Origin: Patellaria atrata CBS 101060
Taxonomy: Eukaryota
DNA: 64,000 nucleotides
Assembly (NCBI GenBank): GCA_010093705.1
Contig: MU006092.1
Location: 1,578,111 to 1,642,110, forward strand
Reading direction: 5' to 3'
The notes beneath the pieces are model-generated. The model ran no database searches and had not been told where the DNA came from. It worked only from the letters and a program-made list of their open reading frames with translations. The position numbers were made by a program, and so were the translations under genes. Each line of letters starts with the position of its first letter. Within the stretch, counting starts at the first letter, position 1. Shown here one piece after another: positions 11,098 through 24,550 of the stretch.

Positions 11098-13346
11098 ACG
11101 GCATAAAATGGGAGCACATGTCTGGATTTGGGCCGCAAAGACCAATCAAGGGAGTTCGGAGATTATTTTCGAGCGATTCGAGCGATGACCAAAGGTGGAC
11201 AATTCGACAGGGGCTTGTATCGGGTTCGGTTAAGGTTAGTGATCGAAGTATGTGTTACACAGCGTTCAGGCAACCCAATTTCTTACTTGCATATATGATG
11301 TAGGAGGAGTTTTGATGGTAATAGGACATGTGCCATACATGTGGGGAAGAAGCTGAAGGTGATGATGTGGATGAGCTAAAGCTGACTCAACCCAACCATG
11401 AACAGCCGCAATTTGGGTGTTCTAGGAATTTTAGATTCCAGTCTGCATGATGCAAGATATTTGCCAGATGGTTGCATACATGTCAGCTCAATAGGCAAAA
11501 TAATTAAAATCATAATCTTTCACCAATGCTACCCACACTATAGCAGCGTTCTACCAAGCTGTACTGTACCTGTGTGACCAGAAAGCTAAGGGTGCAGAAT
11601 GTACATCGAACACATCCCATACAGGTAAGGTGCACAAGCATGACGATAATGGACCCCTCGTCGCGATAATCAAGCCCCAATCACGGTTATCACGGTGAAC
11701 ACGTCCACCGCAAACGCCTTGTGCTGTCTAAGAATAATAATAATGGATAGAGTAAATAACAGGAAGTCTTTCCACTGCATTTGGCTAAATGGATGCGGTT
11801 AGGGCTGAAAGCACGGGGGGGAGGGACGGGAAGGGAAACTAGAAGCGGGAGAGGGAGGAGATGACTCACGCAACTTCCACTCAAAACCAACATCTCCCGT
11901 CCTCCGTTCTGTTTCTTAACGGTAACGATCATCAGAAACGGACAAGCCGTGTATCAATTAAAGTGTGTCATCCATAGCTATTAGACGATCTCAGTCCATT
12001 TTCTTGTGTTTAACCATTGAGGTAACATCAACGCTCTATACAGTACTTCCATCACCGGTATCCGCCACATCTTATCCCATTGCTTAACCCGCATCTTGTG
12101 TTCCGTACAAGCTTATTTCAGGCATTTTTTCAGCCGTTGTCAAAGACTAATAAGCATCGACTAGAGCGCCTTCTAGGACTCTACACTGAGCTTTGCCACG
12201 GGCTACTATTGAGTCTCACTCAGATACTGTGATACATACTGTTTGCTTGGACCTATGTATGGGGCATTAGTCATGACTCCGCAGCTTTCCCTTCGCGGGA
12301 GTAATACAGGTTCCTCGACGTTACCGCTTTTCCGGTTTCCCTAAAAATATGCAAGGTCTTCTGGTTGTTATCACCGCTTAATTCGATCCAACGGTCTTCC
12401 ATAACAGCAAAGAAGGGTGGGATCTTCCTAGGTGTGATGTCAAAAACCTCTAAGTTATAATCATAAACGTATTTGTACGATACACATCCCAAGCATACAG
12501 ACAAAAAGATCAGTGTTATCTGACAATGCTTAGTACTTGTACAACTGGAAAGTCTTCCGGAATCAACATCACCCGCCCTTAAGGACACTATGTCAAATCT
12601 TGATGATGCTCAAAATCAGGGGGAGATATCGCTCCTATTTACTGTTTACATACAGCCCCCATAACTACCCCTTTTCTCAGTATTTGTGGGAGCTGGGACT
12701 ATATTTGAATACTCCGCACAAAGGCAAAGGCAACGATACCATTTTGAAACTATCAGACAAATAAATCGTTGAGATAAGATACTCTGGAGTAACAGTATAG
12801 GTAACGTGCCGGGTGAATATATCTGTGATCGAGCTCTCAGCCCTTGATGATCTTCGACATCAGGATTTTCAGTCAAAACATAATTAAAAAAAAAATGAAA
12901 TAAAGATATTGGAGCCTAACTGACTAGGTACATGGAAAAATGTTGACTGAATTGGTACAGTACTATACCAGAAAGCGGGTGTGCAAACAGAATGTAATCG
13001 ACGCTTCAAGCGAGCGAAATTATCTTTGATTTAAACAGTACTGTAATGAAGTAATGCTGCGGAGGAAAGTATGACAGAAGAACCACCCAGCTTTACCTAG
13101 ATAGCTCGGAAACGATAGATAGAAGATACCCGATAATATGTAGCGGCTAGGCAATAGCACCTAGGAACTCATACTCCAGAATAATGCTTAAAGCGCATGA
13201 TTCCGATACGGCCCCATGCGGCTCCGTCAAACTCAAGGCAGTGTTCGCGGCAGTATGAGAATATGAAACTATGTAAGGAGGTAGTTGAAGCGGTGACGAG
13301 GCTGAATATTGGCTTAATGCGAATTCAGAAATAAGAGTAGGGATAA

Positions 13347-13367
13347 TATATATATATATATATATAT
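13347..13367. repeat. (TA)n microsatellite
   Basis: atatatatatatatatatata tract. Confidence 0.9.
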
Positions 13368-16300
13368 ACATATTTTTGAAAGACAAAAATAAAATAGAAA
13401 ACGCCAATTGTTTTTTCTTACCTATTACCTCGGGTATTGTATCAAGATGTCTCATCGCTCTATGTGCAACTCTTCCCCCGTATCAGGAAAGCATAGCCGT
13501 CTTTCCACCCCCTCATCCGTCCGGACGGGAACACAGGGCACTTCACTTTTTTCTTTTGGCAGAATTCGCTACCACAACCCCACGAATGGGACGATCGAGC
13601 AGGATTCAGGATTCAGTCTTTGTATTTCGCACAGCAGGATTTTGAGTTCGAACCGTGAGTGCATGTTAGCGAGGAGGATTTGGAAGGATCAAAGTGGAGA
13701 TAAGGATTCGATAAGGGATAGAACTAAGGGGTGGGAAATCCCGCTGGTGAGTTGTGGCTGGGCGGCACAAGGCGGGCACGGTGGGATCGGATCGGCCTTC
13801 GTTCGGGGAAGCCACACTTTAATTTGATGACTGCCGACATCGGTCTACTGTTCAGCAACGAGATGAACCTTTGAGAATGACGATGAAGAGCGTTGAAGGA
13901 TTGGAAGGGAGGAGCAGCGGAGTTCATAAGGTGACGGGTTCGGAGGATGATGAGGGAAGGAAACGCCAGAACAGAGGACATCGGCATAGGGTAGGAGGAG
14001 CGGAGCGTGATGGCAGGTTAAAAAAAGTCTCCGGCGTAGGATATGGCGGAGGTTCGTACGCTGTGATCGGTTAGTTGGCCTTCCCCTTTGACCATTTTTC
14101 TTCTCTTGAGTTTGAACTTTTGGAACGTCTCAAAAAAAAATATGCAACCTTTTCCCATAAGCTTTGAGATACGACAATGAAATGAGACGTATCCTCTCTT
14201 TACTTGTGACCTTTCAGTCTGAAAGTGGATTACGGTAACACATTATTCTCACCACACGGAACGACACATGTACGCAACGCCAAAGAGAACACGTAAGAAG
14301 ACGCCTTGAATGCTGCAACTAGGAGAATTTCTTCTTCTTTGACCAATAGGGAGAGTTTGCGTTCGACGATTTGCAGTTTCAGCACTCGTAGAATTTTGAT
14401 CGACCTCTATATAAATTTATCAACCCCTTCATATTCGTGCGCTTACGCAAAAGCGACCACATTCTCACAATGTGCCATTCTCATTCATTAGAACAAGTCA
14501 TATTCCCTTTCAATGTTGAGCGCCTCTATGAACCTTCGGGCGGCGGCTTCACCGAGTAAAAGCACCGATCATTCAATCGCCGCACTATATGCCTAAACTA
14601 TAAAGGCCAATTAGCCACTGGAGTATTGAAACGGAGGCGAGGTTTATATCAAGATATCAATATTCGACCGTCACCAGACCTCGGTATCTCAGCTCCACCA
14701 CACCCCACAATGACCCCCAACTGTGCCCCCATGGACTAAACGCCTCGGATGCCTAATAGACAGTCTCTGAGCACCCGTCCGTCACCTTCACTCTACCCTT
14801 ATGTAACAAGCTTCCTCAACCAAGCACAAAACACCCGGTACAGACGCATACCACTATTCCGGCTGCCGTACCTTCTCCTGGGCTAGACCCTTATGTCACG
14901 ATCGACACGGGAAAAAGGCAAATTAACGTTCTACAGGGCGTGCAGACCTTTCGTACGCAACAGTTCGCATTTCGCAAATGTGCATGTGTAGGTTCGTGGG
15001 ATGTAGCGCACCTGGCGCCTCTGGGGTGCAGGACGGAGTTTAAGGGGGGAGTCCGGCGCTGGTACCCGAGTACGGATATCGGTGGGTAGAAGCGGTACCG
15101 TGGTTGAGAGCACCAAGGTGGTATGTGGGTAGTATATTGTTGAAATCTTGATCGAAGTTAAGTGGGTTTGGGATTTGTGGAGGCGGTGTTGTGTGGAGTT
15201 TGCTCCGGTTGTCGCGTTTGTGAATAGGATGGGAATTTATGGACAGTATGGGGTTCTAGGACGTGCTAGGGATCCTCGTGGAGGTTTTTGTAATTCCAGT
15301 GGATGAAAACCGTTAGGTTTGAAACTGATATTCATATCCCTTTGGGTGTTGAACGCCGTGCAAATGGAATTGGATTAAAGGTAGGAGGTTCCAAATTCAG
15401 TAAATGAGTGGTCGTGCAATCCTAGAATGATGCCATCAACTCATATGTTTTGTATCATTATCATTCAGGTTTGTTTTAAATGAGACATAGATTTTGCGGG
15501 TCTGATCAAAAGTACGTTGGTCATGCTTTACTTCCGTAGATGATACCATCCTGTGGGAGGGATGAATGTAAACGGATGATCATAAAGAGCATTCGTAATA
15601 GAACGTCCTTTTCTCACGGACAAATACCGACAACTTCCTAGGAGCTGATCACCTCATTATTTCACTCCGGTCTATAGAGAATGTGAGGTCGTAGAGTACG
15701 CCAAAACATGTACTATACATACCCTTGATGAAAGAGAAATCAAGAGTCTTGAGCACTAGATTTTATTCGGCTTCACTGAGTTCTTGTAACTAAATTTGAG
15801 ACCCTATCTGAGCCAGATGGTTCTGTTTGAGATGTCAAGGGAAAGGAATCTCGGAATGGAAATGACCCCGTCTCAATTATTGACTTAGCTCTAACCGTGA
15901 AATAACCATATATAAGTTTTCTGACGACTTCAATGTGCAATAGGGATCAAACAACACACTGTATGCACTATACTCCTGGCCTTCTCTGTCGTTTTGCAGC
16001 TCCCTTCTCGTCTTTCCCTGGAATGTCTTTTTCTCTCCCTCTCAAAAATTTGAAAAGCCATTCAGGAAAAGAACCCCTATACTTATCCTATGACTTACTA
16101 TTCTATAAATGTCTCAGAACTTAAAAAGTTTGTTACAAAGCAATGAATTTTCTCTAAATACACAATAAAAAAGGACGCCACATAACAGCCCCAGACCTAT
16201 GTAGAATGGGAAAAGAATTTACCTGTTCATACTCGCATGATGATTGCCCGGCGTTATGAAACAATTCTACAGAGGAAAGGGGCTAAGGAGCTTCCTCAAC

Positions 16301-17953
16301 TTAAGATAGTATTCTGAGTGATAGGGGTGGAGCGGAACGTTAGAAAAGGGCCGGAGCGACTAGAAATAGAAAGGAAGATTTATGATGTAATAAGGACCGG
16401 CTTCCATGGATAGCTCAGTATTAAAAATGATTTGACTGTGAGGGGGAGGGGGCCCGAAGACAGGTAAAAAGAACTAAACCAAGGCGTAATTGCTATAAAA
16501 TCGACGCCTGAAGGTTTTATGCCATTATGACGATTAGAATCCTGTTAATTCTCACCGTAATTAAACATCATCTAATCACTCCTAAAATCATCTTCTCTTT
16601 TAGACGGTATCAGTCCGAGAGAACCTCAGATTTACAATGACGAGCTCGTCCGTAATCTTTGATTGGTCAATACCCTTTTGCTAGTGCTATCAGTTCTGAG
16701 GCATTTCTTAGTCTGTTTTCCGTGAGCCCAACTCTTTGTAGCTCTTGTTGAAAGGTCCAACTATATTTGCTCGAAAGGAGTGAGATGGACCTAAAACTGG
16801 GCAAGGGGTCAATGACGCCTACAGTACAACGAAGCCTGAACCCGTAAAGTTATTGAAACTTGAAATAGCCTTATATAAGTAGTAATCTACTGGCGATAAT
16901 GGTAACCAGTATAGATTTGATTCCAGATTCTAATTATGTGGAGTTTCTCAGTATTATGTCCTAGGAGTAGACTGTAAACCTCTTGATCGTACAACTTTTG
17001 TAGGGTGTGCATCTTTTCCATTCTCTCCATTCGGCTTGCGATGGGTCGAGATTGGAAATGAACTATGCTGATTCATTCTAGGCCATTATTGTTGGTTTGT
17101 AATGCATGGTTTGTGATGAAAGGCTTGTGAGCGATGGTGTGATGTGACCAGTTCTGTCTCTTTGTCCCGCATCTGAAATATTAGAATAAGGTATGTGAAG
17201 ACCATTTGATAGGGACATAAGATGTGTGCTATACAATACTAAGATTCTATGGCTGTCAAGGCAATTGGTCTATTCGTTATTTTCCGAATGAGTCTAAGAT
17301 ACAACCAGGAGAATTTACTCGAAAGGCTACTCGGAACTTTTACAGATTGGTTGTAGTTTAACAACAATACGGATGACAACGATAATCCCGTCTTTCTCAG
17401 ACAGAAGCTACTTTCTGCAAGGTACTAGCTCTTATGGAAGTTATACTGGTATTTTTGATCAATCAATTACAGCCAAGACTGCAAGGCCCTCTTCTATATA
17501 TTAGTTATGAGGGATCTTCTTTTCGATAAACAAAGACAAGATCGACTAGTACGCATTATAGACTTAAGGGAAGCTTAACAAACGAAACTCCTCCTAAAAA
17601 AGTAGCGGCAGATAGATGGATTCTTGAAATCGTTCCAGGATAAGTACCGAGACCGAGGAGTTTAATGAATGTTCAATTAAGCTTCAACAAGCTCCACCAA
17701 TCTATGAAACCGTGAGCATTTCCTCGCTTATTGTTTGCGGAGAACCCTAGTCTTAACTCACCTCAACCTAAGCACGCCCAGCTGGGTAAATGGCGACAGT
17801 TTAGAGATAATGAATTCATGGTTATTTCCCCGCAAAGGTTGACAGGAACGAAAAACGTATAAGAGACGTCCATCAAGGGATTCTTATGGCCTTGATTGTG
17901 TCAGCAACTGTAGCATTTAAGAATATTCTAACCCACATACCAAGCTAGTCAAT

Positions 17954-18499
17954 ATGAGATCTTCATTTTTTGTCGCCGTCGCCGCATTTGCGATAGAGAG
18001 AGCTTCGGCTTCTCTGAACTGCACCGCACTGGTTGACATTGACTACTACACTTGCCCGGATACCAATTGCGACAAAGCGGGAACTTATAAGGCGGGAACC
18101 ATGGCGCAGTTCGGTTGCGCATGGGACAATTCTACTGCAACGAAGTAAGTAAAAACGCCCGTTCCCCTGAATACTGCCGTGCTGATTGATCAATCCTATA
18201 GCCGGTGGTTGTGGAATTACAACGAATTTTACACTGCATCAACCTATGAGGTCAAAGACTGCAACTTGAACGGTAGACCATACAACAACACAGATGGTGA
18301 GTTAGTCCTGTGAAGAACGGCCGTGACTCTGCTGATATGCTCAGTCCTGCCTAAATGCAGTCAGGATATTATTGTTCTTGAAATAACGAACAATGCACCG
18401 CTGAAGCCATGCGTCTGTCATCGAAACCAAAGTGCAGTCTCTAGGGTAATGAGACGCCAGATGCAGAAGAAGAGCGCCCCGGTCCCAATTCAATACTGA
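17954..18499 (+). CDS. Small secreted cysteine-rich protein, 146 aa (exons 17954-18144, 18202-18296, 18345-18499)
   Basis: Signal peptide MRSSFFVAVAAFAIERASA; introns gtaagt..tag and gtgagt..cag with gctgat branch sites join into one open frame with 8 Cys. Confidence 0.8.
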
Positions 18500-19014
18500 G
18501 ATGTGGAGTGAATGACGGATGAGCGGAAAAAGAGGCACCGCAAGGCCCACATGGGAGATAGAAAGACAGAAGAAATTTGTAAGGTACCCGGGTTAATATA
18601 TTTTAAAGGATGACAGTGTCGTAGAAAGAAGAAGGAAATCGAAATTAAGAATAATCTAGATCATCTATCTATATATATATCTTTTACTTTTTTACTGAAT
18701 ATCGACCGTGCCTGAATCAATCATGATAGTCTTTGAATCTAGCTCAATGACCCTGCGGTAGAAACCTGAATGGCGACAAGACTGGAATAAACGCAATGAC
18801 AAAAATAGAATAGACAGAAAGAAATGCCACCGGCCGAGCAGAATAGAGAGCTTAACACGAATGAGTTCATATCCACATGGTCGACCATATCAATGTTGGA
18901 ATGCGTATATAGAGTGCAAGATACATGACCCGATTCTATGGCGTTCTTAGTATTTGAGACCTTCCTTGTAGATGATTATTAAACCTTCGAACTCGGAAAG
19001 GGGAATTTGTAGCC

Positions 19015-21073
19015 TTAAAATAAATCCGTCATTGCCCCATGTGAGGCGTCGCCTACCAAATGCGCGTACTTCGCCAGTACACCTCTCGTTACGGTCGCCT
19101 TTGGTCTTACCCATATCTTCAGCCGTCTTTTGATCTCCTCATCGCTTACGTTCATACTCAATGTATTCGTCTCGGCGTCTATCGTGATCGTGTCGCCATC
19201 CTCGACTACAGCGATAGGGCCGCCAACCGCAGCCTCAGGCACGATGTGGCCAACGATGAAACCATGGCTAGCTCCCGAGTACCGACCATCTGTGATGAGT
19301 GCTATGTTGGTGAGCTTTGCCCCCATGAGCGCAGCAGATGCCTTTAGTTGCTCAGGCATACCAGGCCCGCCCTTCGGTCCCTCATATCGGACAACAAGGA
19401 CTAGATTCTCACCTCGAGGGATTTGGCCCTTGTTCAAAGCAAGATCAAGTTCAAGCTCTTTATTGAAAACCCGCGCTTTACCAACGAATTTGAGACCTTC
19501 CTTGCCTGTGATCTTCGCCACAGCCCCTTCGGGCGCAAGGTTACCGCGAAGAATCTCGATATGGCCAGTCTTCTTGATTGGGTTATCCAAGGGACGAATA
19601 AGCTGTTGTCCGTCGGGAAGGGAAGGATATGAAGCTACGTTTTCGCCTAGAGTTTTACCTGTCACCGTTGGAACCGCCCCGTCGAGTAATCCAACGGCAA
19701 CGAGCATTTTCATGATGGATGGTGTGCCACCAACCTCGTATAGATCTGTCATAAAGTTTTTGCCGCTAGGAGCAAGATCTGCGAGGAAGGGGATTTTGTT
19801 TGAGACCCTCTGAAAGTCATCAAGTGTCAGTTCCACGCCTGCAGTTCCCGCCATCGCCAACAGGTGGAGCACACCATTCGTTGAGCCTCCAAGGACCATC
19901 ATCATCACCATAGCATTTTCAAACGCGGGCTTCGTAATAAGATCGCTAGGCCGTATATTCTTCTCCATGCAGATACGGATTGCATTGGCTGCTTTAATAC
20001 ATTCCCTCATCTTCTCTGGGGACTCGGCCGGAGTGCTTGATGATCCGGGCAATGTGAGACCCATTGCTTCAATTGCGACTGACATAGTGTTGGCTGTGTA
20101 CATACCTCCGCATGCTCCCGCTCCGGGGCATGCATTACGCTCGATATCGGAGATGATATCGTCTTTAGTATGTGATAGGTTATTTGGGTTTCGTAACGTA
20201 TTGTAGTTATACGCTCCATGTGCTTCATAACATGTGCTAATGTTGATTCGTTTTTCGAGGAGCGTACTGTACCCTGGTTTAATACTGCCTCCATATATCA
20301 TCAGGGACGGACGATTATGCCTAGCGAAAGCCATGATACAGCCTGGCATATTTTTGTCACAGCCCGGGATAGCAATGCAAGCATCGTGGTGTTGAGCACA
20401 TGTTACCGTCTCGATACTGTCAGCAATGATTTCTCTGGTCTGTAACGAGAACCTCATCCCTATGAGCGCCGTGAGTTCCTAGAGTCTCATGATAATTAGA
20501 CCCAGGCATACCTTCACCACCCATCGTGATAGCGTCCGACACACCAATGGTGTTGTATTGCCATGCAAGCATACCCTGCTTCTTGACCGCATCTTTTACA
20601 ATCTTTCCCAGATCCAGCACTATTCACGATGGCTATTAACGGGGCCCGGGAAAATGCGACTGGCGAAGCGGCGATACAGGGATTAAGTTCGTAATGGGTA
20701 TACGTACAGTGCATACTGTCGATCATCAGCTCGTTTGAATCAACCAAGTACCCATCAATAGAGTCACGTACTTGCATGGATTTCCTTCCCACCAGACGGA
20801 CGCAACGCCAACATGAGGGGCAGTCTCCATCATCTCTCTATCAGGGACTCCGGCCGCATATAACATCGCCTAGCATGTATTAAAAGCTTGTATACTTCGT
20901 GGGATTGAGGAATCAACCTGAGCGCCCGGAAAGTCATGAGCTCTGGTTAACGTGGAAGACCACCGATTCAATGCTAGTTTACCGTCTCGAATTGTGTCAG
21001 TCGGCAAGCATGGGAAATCCAGAAACCTGGGCTCTTCAGGTTCTCGGGACTTTTGTATATTTGAAGGATCCAT
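19015..21073 (-). CDS. ilv3: Dihydroxy-acid dehydratase (IlvD/Ilv3 family), paralog without evident mitochondrial presequence (exons 21073-20918, 20869-20772, 20715-20708, 20619-20512, 20459-19015)
   Basis: AQAMLYAAG; WWEGNPCNMHLLDL; GVSDAITMG; PGCDKNMPG; GACGGMYTANTM; GGSTNGVLHL; YEGPKGGPGMPE; TDGRYSGASHG. Confidence 0.97.
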
Positions 21074-22351
21074 GGCGAGATAAGGAAGACGATTCGGTAT
21101 CTTCAGTAGTAAAGGATGAGAAGGGTCACTGACGAACGAAATAGTTATTCTTTCAATGCTCCTATCATACAGACAGTTGACGACGACGGCGGGAAGATGA
21201 ACAAGTTTGGAATGATGGTACAAAAATATACGGAGATAATGTAATCCTGAGTCCGGGATGGGACGTCCAGTGGAGACTGGGGAGTCACAGGATTCGAAAG
21301 AGATACCGTACTGTCGCGACGTAACCGGTTCTTTCTCTGCATTTCGACCCCGCAATGTAGGCAGTTTAGCACTATCTTAGGTACTGGAGTGGCATCTGAT
21401 ACCGTAGACATATTCGAGTGGTAGATGTTCACACCGCACCTATGAACTGAGATCCCGATGGTGATGACTCCGTGATATTGATGTTATTAGGAAGTTCAAC
21501 TGAACAAAAGACGCGTAGAAATAATCCAGTGAATATAAGGTAATGGGTTGCCAGCCACCAGAAGCTTGGGATCAATTTAATACCTTCCGTAAAGGCAAAC
21601 ATTGGGGGGTACCTACCCAAAAGCGCCTAATACCACGTCCGGTTTCGTCTTTCGTCTTTCGTCGGTCATTCTCCACCTTCTTTTTCCGTTTTATTCTTAT
21701 TAATACAAAGGCAGTCGCACTCCACCACCTCAGCTCCTTCCTGCTTTCGCTTACATATACTGTAAGGTAAGGTACCTTAGTTCCATTACAAAATAGAAGA
21801 AAAGGAAAAGGAAGGAAAAAAAAAAACAAAAAAAAAACCGGACCTTCGATAGTTCTACTACGATTACGACGGAATCGAATTGCGATTTTTCTCAAAGACC
21901 CTCTTTCTAGAAATCATCCTTGTAGATCCAGTTCTATCTCCATCTACTTTAGCTGTCACTTGAGGATTTGGGCTCCCATCTGTACAGTACAATAAACCGA
22001 CCACCCGGAACTGCGGAGACTGACGGTTTGACAAGCAAGATGCTCTTGATGCTGTATTTCTACCCTGATATTCATGCATAAAGTCATCATCTTTTTTCTC
22101 TCTCTCGAATCTCACGCAAGGGAGCTTCCACGTCTTCATCTCTTTTGCTCACTTCATCATTATTCTACGCCGATCTTCTGCAGAATCCGGTCAGCCTTGC
22201 AGCTACGGCCCTACGTGGGTTCTTTACCAAGGACATCTGCACGCTTGCCGATTTCTCGTATCATTGGCCGAAGCTTACTATCGCACAAGACTGTCTGGGC
22301 TCCCGCCGTTTTCTCTTATAGCTTCAATCACCCAGGCCACGAACACGTTGA

Positions 22352-24550
22352 ATGGAGGCTCATTCGCGCAGATATGGCCTCAGCGGTGTGACGACCAGCA
22401 TTTCGCTGGTATTGACGTTTTGTATTGTCTTAGGCCATTCACTTTCCACGGCCGGAGCTTTGGATACGAGCAGCGAAAGGAGCACATGGATTGTTGATAT
22501 AAATTCGAGGGTCACCTCCTCTGTCCAACGTATTTTCCATATTGTCAACACCAGGTCGACGCAGCGGATCGCATCTTGGGACATGGTGAGATTGTTAACT
22601 TTGTGTGGCGCGGCAACGAGTCTATTATTATGGAGGAGACGATCGAACAAGCAATTTAAGGAAACTTCTCAACGACAACTGACTACAGGCATCTCTGATA
22701 CTGTTGGTGTGGGTACGTAGGATATCTCGTTATCAGCTGAGTGCGAACACAAGGCCTTTACATGATGATCATTTAGTGACGCACGGACAGATGCCGTGAC
22801 TACAGATCCGGGTTTGCTGAAAAAGCATTCCAACTTAGAGTCATATACCGTACCAGGCACTGGCATCACATATCCCGGAATTCGAACTTTTTATCGGCCT
22901 CACCCCCAAGGCCATAAACTCCCGTCTAAACCTAACCCACTTCCTTTACTGGTTTTCGTACATGGTCTGGGTGGTTCTGTTGCTCAATTTCATCCTTTGC
23001 TGACAAGTCTTGTAAATGTCGCACCTTGTCTGAGCATTGATTTTCCCGGCTGTGGACTATCTGAGTTTTCTCCCAAGTCATGGGAAGCTTACACTACTGA
23101 TGCCCTTGTGCAGTTATTAGCAACAGTGATCAATAAGTATCGAGATGCGGAAACAGGACAGCAAATTGTATTCATCGGCCATAGCATGGGATGTTCCATT
23201 GCTACACTTTTAGCATCATCAACTTCTCCATATGCGAATCTGTTGTCATCTCACGTGGTGGGCTTCGTTGCGATATGTCCCAAAGCAGACGCTCTAACGC
23301 TCGAAGAGGCTAAGAAATTCAAGAAGCTCTTGCGTATTCCGGGTCCGATATTTGATTTATGGAGAAAATGGGATCGACGGGGAGGCACCGAGAGCGCTAG
23401 CGTTGCGCGTTTCACAGGACCGAACGCGGAAAACGAAACTAGGAAGCTACAGTTTCGCTTCAACGAGCAGAGCAGAACACCCGTCTGGAGACGTATGACC
23501 ACGGGCATACTTCCAGATTACTCATCTGGAGTCCCGAAAGGTGGTCTTCCTGGGAGAGAAGTTTGGGCTGGCCTTGCTCTGCCCATCTTCTTAGCAGCGG
23601 GAGAATTGGACAAAATTACTCCCGCAAGTGAACTGGAGAAAATAGCCGGCTTTCTTGGGAAATCACCAAACGATGAAATCAGGAAAAAGATAACTCGGGA
23701 TCCAAGCATGTCTGGTCCTGAGATGAAAGATGATAGACTTGATGGAGATGTCCGAACAGACAGTGCGTCCTTCATCTCATCAGAGGATTCGGATATAAAC
23801 AAGTCGGTTCCCGGAGAAACTCTTACATTCCGTCGAAGGGTTCTCAAGAAGATAGTTTTCCCTGCGCCAGCTTCGCACGCTTTGCTCTACGCACCATCCA
23901 CATGCCGTACCCTCGCTGGCTTGATACAAGCGTTTTTCACAGATCACATTGATAAACGCTTATCCCTAGGTTGGCAACTTCAGTATCTCACAACCGAAGG
24001 GAAATGGGATGTGAAGAATCTCGAAAAGTGGAAGGCCGTGAAACCTGTGTCTGAACCGATCGCGGATATCTTTCGTGCTATGAAGACTTTGAGAGAAGTT
24101 GATGAGTATCATTGCCCAAGGGTTTTTGTCGAGCAGTGGAAAGAAAAGATATACGCCATTGTGGATATCAGCCACGAAAGTCCCGTATATGACCCTAGAG
24201 GCTTGGAAATAGGTGGCATTGAGTATCACAAGTTTCCAACCGTTTCGAAGTTACCACCGAGCGTTGATGAGGTCAAGAGCTTCATCGACCTGATTGACGG
24301 CTTACGCGGGGGACAAGCTAGCGTCAGTAACGTTGTCAAATGCGGGCTGATAGGAGTCCATTGCCACTACGGGTTTAATCGCACAGGCTTTTTCATTGTG
24401 TGTTACTTGGTTGAGCGACTTGGATACAGGCTTCAGGATGCACTTGACGAGTTTGAAGGACAGAGACCACCAGGGATTCGTCACGATCATTTCATTGATA
24501 CTTTATTTGTGAGATATTGCACTAGCTTGAAAAGAGCTCCTACATTGTAA
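22352..24550 (+). CDS. Alpha/beta-hydrolase fused to a cysteine (dual-specificity, DUSP11-like) phosphatase domain (exons approx. 22352-22712, 22791-24550; start codon uncertain)
   Basis: FVHGLGG oxyanion motif, GHSMG nucleophile elbow, GELDKIT and ASHALL as candidate triad residues; C-terminal P-loop GVHCHYGFNRTG and RPPGIRH. Confidence 0.92.

Noticed and set aside
19130..19813. 227 aa plus-strand ORF
   Set aside because: Antisense shadow of the DHAD coding exon, with no independent motifs
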